A stretch of 62,642 bases of DNA, counting the filler, from Sphacelaria rigidula (lineage: Eukaryota): NCBI GenBank assembly GCA_964200075.2. It is 6 parts of 6 records of this genome, joined end to end, with 100 filler letters (N's around TTAATTAATTAA, not from the genome) between each part and the next. Parts side by side here need not be neighbours in the genome. Positions count along the whole stretch, not along the records: positions 52,287 to 62,642 come from CAXNAA020006664.1; 5 more parts are not named here. One strand, 5' to 3'. The notes beneath the pieces were generated by a model. The model searched no databases and was not told the origin of the DNA. It saw nothing but the letters and a program-made list of their open reading frames with translations. Position 1 is the first letter of the stretch. Each line of letters opens with the position of its first letter. Made by a program: the position numbers and the translations under genes. Below are positions 56,550 through 62,642 of the stretch, piece by piece.

Positions 56550-58426
56550 ATCCATGGCGGCTACGGCCGCCGCCAAGGAACAGGTCAATGTCCGCAAAGC
56601 AGCCAACATTGCCCACAAAGAGTCATCTCGTGTAGCCGCCACAAGGCGTGGGTACATACAGATGGATGTCAAGAAACTTTGGCATATCAAACCATGCCAG
56701 CCGCTGGCAATGAAGACTCTGACCAGTTCACTTCTGGTCTTATTTCATCAATCCGTTGCACATTGAAAAGTATTCTTCAGTTAGTAGATGCCACGGGACA
56801 GCAGCGCTTCGAGAACCCCGAGTGGCTTGACTGTTGGCAGACGCCACTGCACAAAGCACTGCACCGTTTAATCAGCCCCTGTTCGCCCGATGTTGCTGCC
56901 TCCTTGACGCAGATCATCGATACCTTCTTCACCGCGCTGGATAAGGATCGTGCCCAAGGGAAGACAGCGCCGGTGTTGTTCGCTGATGTGGAAAGGCGTT
57001 TAATAGGTTACTTCGATAAGAGCGATCAAGCCAACGCTATCAAACGTGTATAAAATGAGGTTACACACTAAAAGGTGAGGTTCAAGCCCAAGCAGTGCTT
57101 TCTCCACGCTTTCAGAGATGATGCCTAATGACTTTTTTGTCGGCGTAATGCTCCTCGATCGCGTAGATGCTTTTTCAGCGCATTTTACCCACTTTGTGAC
57201 CTTACAGCGCTGAGCGAAGCCCTCACTTTCCGTGATATGATCCCCCCTCAAAAGTCAGGAAGAATGGCTGTTTCGGTCAACGCTGTGTAAGCTCACAAAG
57301 TCGGTAATTTGCGCTGAAAATGTATCCACGCGATCGAGGTGCGTTTGGCTGACAAAAACGTCAGTGAGTGCCATAGCTGAAAGTATTAAGAAATCACTGT
57401 TTTGGGCTTGAACCGCATTTTAGTATCAACCTCATTACATAGAATTGTCTGTTGTTAGCTCGTTTGCGATAGCATTGAATGTTTCTTCCGCAGAATACTT
57501 GCGGGAATTTAAGCTCTTGGTCTCTGCTACCACCGATACTGGACGACAAAACGGGGTAGCGTTACCATGTATGTGTCAGACGTATGTTCAAAATAGCATC
57601 GCTCAACAGTTTTTCACGTTGATGCCGTCACTATTCCCTGGTGCCTTGGCAAACAAAGAAGTGCCTTACGCCTCCGTAGACGCAATGTGGACGGCATCAT
57701 CGTTGATCAGGGAAGTAATCTTACGTCTGTGTCATTCCTGGTGCACCCTGCTCTTCTGGGCCTTCACAGCCCTTGACTGCTCCCTCCGCGAACACTCCCA
57801 GTTCTCGTGGACGAAAGCAGACTTCGTTTGGTAGTACATGGACACTCGCCTCTGCTGGCGGGTCGGTCATGAATATCGGTAGTAAGAAAGATCAGTTTCG
57901 TGTAAGTTTTAGCGCTTGGCCTCACTCTGCAGAAACTTGGGACGATGTTTACATTGTTTTTACAACCGTGTTCATCACAGATGACCTACACTTGTGGACT
58001 CCTTTGCTTTCACCTTCAGCTCGACGTGATGCTTTTCGCCACCACGGTAGCACTTGCATCAATTGTAATGGCCATGGTCACAGTATGCGTGGCTGCACCG
58101 ATACGTGTATCAACACCTTCGGGCTCATGAACCCTGAATTGCGGGACAATGAGCCAGCGTGGCGCCGATCGCAAAAACGCATGCGCGATTACCGCACACC
58201 TACTCGTAATTCTCGCCGACCCTTCAATAACCGCGACAACACGCGCTCAAATCACGACCGCCATCACAACAATAATTGCAACTCTGGTTCCCGCCGAAGA
58301 GATGGTCCTTCTCTCCACCACCAGACTTCCGCCGATAGATACCAGCCCACGCGGCCGACTCAAGATAACTCGAACCCCAACACCAGAGTCCCTGGCTCAT
58401 TCCTGACTTATCGTACTGCTGTGTGA
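56550..58426 (+). pseudogene. gag remnant interrupted by a foldback insertion
   Basis: ORF pieces 56679-57049, 57456-57834 and 57773-58426; intact CCHC knuckle at about 58055-58096. Confidence 0.75.
57050..57455. mobile_element. Foldback/MITE insertion (about 406 bp, TIRs of about 165 bp) inside gag
   Basis: AATGAGGTT..ACTAAAA..G.GGTTCAAGCCCAA (57054-) pairs with TTGGGCTTGAACCGCATTTTAGTATCAACCTCATT (-57436); removing 57050-57455 restores IKRV|SSFAI in frame. Confidence 0.85.
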
Positions 58427-60559
58427 CGCGCTGATGACGGCGTTGTTGCGTCTTTGGCGCCGCCGACAGCACACACGAAGACCACTACAACACATCCCGC
58501 AGAACAAGCGATAACACTTCCTCACTTAGTTTCCCCGGCACTATGTAGGAGCTCTAGTGACGGCCGTTCATATCGACCCCCGTCTTCATCCCTCCACACA
58601 CAGCATAACAGTTGCGTTGACGCATAACTCAGCTCTACACTTAGATCTGAACTTGGTCCTCCGAAACTGAGTGTAGATCTGAGGTGTGAAAACACCAACC
58701 GCCCTTCCTGAGGCAAAGGCTTCCCTCGGCGATCGCACGCGCAGGCAGTAGTAGAATCCCTTCGACTAGTTCAAGTGCCTCTGGTCCGAAATTGACAACT
58801 TCGAGTCATGCGACATCCACCCAGCTCGATCGAGCTCGTTCCTCGTGTTCCTTGCACCGCTCGAAGCTATCCCTGAACGGTTCTCACAATAACCACTCCA
58901 ATTCACATTCGACTATGATTCCTTAACCAAGCTTGGCAGCGGACAGTCCAAAAGCTTCGGCAGAGCATACCCCGATGCTAACACCATCACCCCAACTGGC
59001 GCAGTTGTGGTTTACCTAAATACTTCGGAAGTTCCCCTCCCATTGTCAAGGGGAGAGGGGAAGCTCGGCCAACATGCCCCCACGAAAGCGCGCGCATTAG
59101 CATGTACACCTCTCTCGAGGGGAACCCTCGACCTCATTCTCTCCCAAATGCGACGACTTCGAGCTCGATGGCTTTACCAGGCATCACGGAGGAATTCAAA
59201 TCGTAAATTTCTGATATTACCGCCTCCTCAATTGATTACCTTAGCACCAAACTGCATCGATCCACTTTGGACTTTGATCCTTGTGATTCAAAGATAGTTA
59301 TGTATGAAATTGCGGATGATCAATCGAGCTATGCTACACCAAGGGATCACATATCACCCACCATGCTGTGTGGTGAGAAATCTGACCCACCGGCGGATCA
59401 CCCGCCGTCCGTTTTCGCTATCAGCCTTTCCGACCCCAACCAATTCACTTTGTCTGAACATGGCCCAGACCGTGTCGGCGGTAAAGTGTCTGTCGACGCT
59501 GCTACTTCTACTACTCGCGTGGCGATCCACTGTAGTCCCTGCGCCACCACGTCTGCCGAGTGTGTATCTTTGCTAGATGGTCGCAGCCCACATTCATTCG
59601 TGAATCAATGTGGGGACACAACATGAAATGGATTGGCGCTGCTTCAGCAGTTGGTGGAACCACCACCCAGCCTCGTGTATGAGGCGATTTTGGTGACTCC
59701 ACCGCACCTTTGACTGCACAAAAATCAGTACGTTTTAGTATGCAATTTTTTCACAACACAACTCGTTCTGCCAGCCTTGCAGTCTGGGCATATATTGTTC
59801 CCGGCAGCACCATGAATCACGCCTTGCTACTGGGTACAGATAGTTACATGCGGTTTGATCAACACACCTACCACACGCTACCACCATCATCGCCATAGTC
59901 CGCGCCTCATGATGAACTCAACCCTGAACACTTTGGTACATTTTACGGTGCCTTGGCCTACCAAAATAATGATCAAGCTACCGGAGCTACTCACCACCTA
60001 CGATACGATGGGAGTGCTGGTCTTACTCTCTCCAATGATTCTCAAGTTAGAAGTTGCAATCGCTCGCCGAAATGGCATGCCTGCCCTTACGGGATATCAT
60101 CTTGCCGAAATACTTCCTCGGGTTGGTGCGCCTGCTGGCAACGAGCACTTTATCTGCGCAGGAAAACAGCTCCTACCCCTCACGGGCCATGCCATCTTGG
60201 AACTCGGTGATGGTTTGGGTTTTGCCGCCGATCCCTGAATACACATTTCGCTTGAGAATTGTATAAATGAACCCTCGGCGCCAAATCCTGCGCCTCCGAC
60301 AAACTACTCTGTCAATTACATTGATTAACCTTATTTCGACCTAGCCTCTTCATCCCCACAACATCTTCACACTGTGGACCCTGCCCGGTCACCTTCCGAC
60401 CCTCCTGACGAAGTGTTTCAACGCCTATTACCGGAGTCTCGGAATAGCTTCTTGCGAATGTGGCACCAGCTTCCACCTCATCTGCGCGACATTAGTTTTG
60501 ACCTTCATGGGCCCGGTTAGGATCCCACAGTCATCCAAGAATTAAGTCTTACTGCAGTA

Positions 60560-61910
60560 CGAAGAACGATTGTCTCCATCCAAAACGGATCTCGGTCATT
60601 GCAAAACGCTGCCCTTCAAGATTAAACTTAAACCTGGCGTTTCGCCAATTTCTTCTCGGCCGTACGGGATAAACCCAATGCTTACTAAACAAGTCAATGC
60701 TGTCTTGGACGCTTAGGAGCCGGTTTAATCCAACACTCCTCCTCCCCATGGGCTCCGCCACTCGTGGTCGTCCCCAAAAGGATGGAAGCATACGCATCAC
60801 TGAATTTTATAGGGCTGAGCCGCGTCACTGTCGTGGAAAAAATCCTGATTCCCTGCATCGATGAAGTCTTTGACACCTTGTGTGAAGGGAAGATGTTTAG
60901 CACCTTCGACCTCGCTTCTGGATTTTTTCAGGATATCATCCACCCTGACACTGCCCCGTTGACAGCATTTTGGATATCTTCCGGGCTTTACGAAAGGCTC
61001 CGTATGCCACAAGGCGCCGCCTCCGTGCCGGGTTGCTTCCAACGTCTAATTCAACGCGTCACAGATGGCCTCAAGCACGTCATTATTTACTTGGACTCAG
61101 CTATTGCCTTCGATGCCTAACCTATTGCACATGTACGCACTTCACGAGAAAATATTTCTCGCCTACGTACGCATGGTTAAAGAGTATGTCCCCATCCAAA
61201 GCTCGCCTTGGGTCGACTGAATTGGATTTCCCGCGACATTCGATATCCCCCAGCGGGCCTGCACCCGGATACCAATAAAGCTAGGGCAATGACTGAGACA
61301 CCGATACCCACCAACATATCTCAGCTTCGCTCACTGTTGGGTGGACTCTCCTACTATCGCAAATTTTTGCCAGATTTGTCCGCAAGGATTCGCCCCCTTA
61401 CAAATTTACTTAGGAAAGGTGCCGCATTCATCTTCACCTCTGAGATGGAAGCTATCGCTCGCGAGTTGCTGAAAATGCTAACCGAAAACCCGGCTTTCCG
61501 TTTTCCAGACTGGGATGTGGTACAAGATGATTCTCGCCTCTTCCAACTGCAAACCGACGCCAGCACCGGGTTCGGCGGGGTTTGAACGAACCTCGACTTG
61601 ATGGCTCCGTCCGACCCATCCTTTATATCAGCTGCACCACGCTGCCACACGAGGCCAACTGGAGTCCACTTGAGTTGGAAGGCGGGGTCATCACTTGGGC
61701 TATTAAGCGCCTTTGGCAGTATGTGTTTTACGTATTTTTCCACGTTTACACGGATCACTGCGCACTCGAACAACTCACTGAGGTTGGCGACTATAATCCG
61801 CTTGTACACCTCTCGTTGGAGTTTTTGACAGCTTATCAGTATACTATTAAGCACCGTCCAGGCAAAACCATCGGGAATGCTGACCTTTTTTCTCGCTTGC
61901 CCCTGTACCC
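60560..61910 (+). pseudogene. Gypsy reverse transcriptase and RNase H remnant
   Basis: Motifs as above across several frameshifts; catalytic YLDD reads YLDS (61088-61099). Confidence 0.92.
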
Positions 61911-62642
61911 AACGGCAGTAGACTTCACCCCAGCTTGTCGATTAACTAAACCCAATGAACCAGGCGTCCACGCCATTTGGCGTTTTCCAACGCCTATTTA
62001 CGCCCTTGAACTTCATTGGCCAGAAACAGGTATGCGCATTCAGGCCCCCGCTCCCTCCCGTAGTGTACAGTCGTGGGTGGGCTAAAGCCCACAACCGTCG
62101 ATCTCGTCGATTTTCGCACTTTCGTTCCTCACCCGAATGTTCCTACGTCGCCACCCTCAGTTACACATCTCATTTCCGACAATAAGCGCGATCGGCCTGC
62201 CGCCCGCGCCAACTCCCCACGCGCTCCGGCACCACCGACAACGCCTCTTGCTGATCCCACGGGCCGTGCAGCACCGGGTCCACGACCCCGCGTGCTACGG
62301 TCCTCGTCCACAACCACCACACGCAATGCGCGCAACAATCGTTAATCACGCTCTCCTGCGCGCCCTACTACAAAAACGCTGCCCTCTGCGGTACCGTCAG
62401 CGCCCACCCCTCCTCATGATGGAGTGAACGTCTCGGACCCTGATGTCGATGACGATATTGACGTTGTCACTCCCACCCCGTTGCCTGTTTCACTACTTCC
62501 CGAGCCACCATGCTTGGTCAGCTCTTCGACGGAAGGCCAACTGAGTCATCCTACGATAGGGGGAGGGGGTATTTGGTTGCACAAAACAAGGGCTCAGAAG
62601 TGTGTCAGACACCCTTCCACACTTGCGTTGCGCTTGTATTTG

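Larger units (their letters stand above)
53728..62540 (+). mobile_element. Degenerate Ty3/Gypsy retrotransposon, 5' portion: candidate short LTR and PBS, long leader, gag, protease, RT, RNase H
   Basis: TGTTAGAG...CTCAACA (53728-53854) followed by TGGTA; gag remnant about 56550-58426 with CINCNGHGHSMRGC (CX2CX4HX4C); protease SLLDGRSPHSFV (about 59567-59602); RT SPWAPPLVVVPK, FSTFDLASGFFQ, RMPQG, YLDS; RNase H LQTDAS, ELEGG, YTDH, NADLFSRLP. Confidence 0.88.

Noticed and set aside
31375..62642. Contig 6 and contig 4 as two halves of one Gypsy element
   Set aside because: Both contain the RNase H C-terminus and those sequences are clearly diverged, so they are different copies.

Overview
Repeat-rich eukaryotic nuclear DNA of roughly balanced GC, with GT-AG introns of 0.1-9 kb. 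The repeat repertoire and intron style suggest a brown alga or other stramenopile (inference). The window is not one locus: six unrelated contigs sorted by size (10359, 10358, 10357, 10356, 10356, 10356 bp) are joined by 100-bp artificial linkers (44 N + TTAATTAATTAA + 44 N). Almost none of the supplied ORFs is a gene as drawn. Reading splice sites by hand recovers: four phase-compatible exons of a CPPED1-like metallophosphoesterase (contig 2, minus); two exons of a calpain (CysPc) domain whose catalytic Cys is replaced by Gln, separated by an 8.9-kb transposon-filled intron (contig 3, minus); one TMEM115-like exon (contig 1); and a six-exon, pseudogenised Sola-like DDD transposase ending in a BAH/Tudor-like module (contig 5). 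The rest is transposable elements: four degenerate Ty3/Gypsy elements (one RT-less with a duplicated integrase core, one with a chromodomain plus PWWP/Tudor-like tail, one with a hairpin array and extra ORF remnants before gag), an RTE-type LINE, several tRNA-derived SINE families, foldback/MITE elements including a Stowaway-like one, minisatellites and microsatellites. No CRISPR array, rRNA or genuine tRNA gene was found. Family assignments rest on motif recognition by eye, not database searches.
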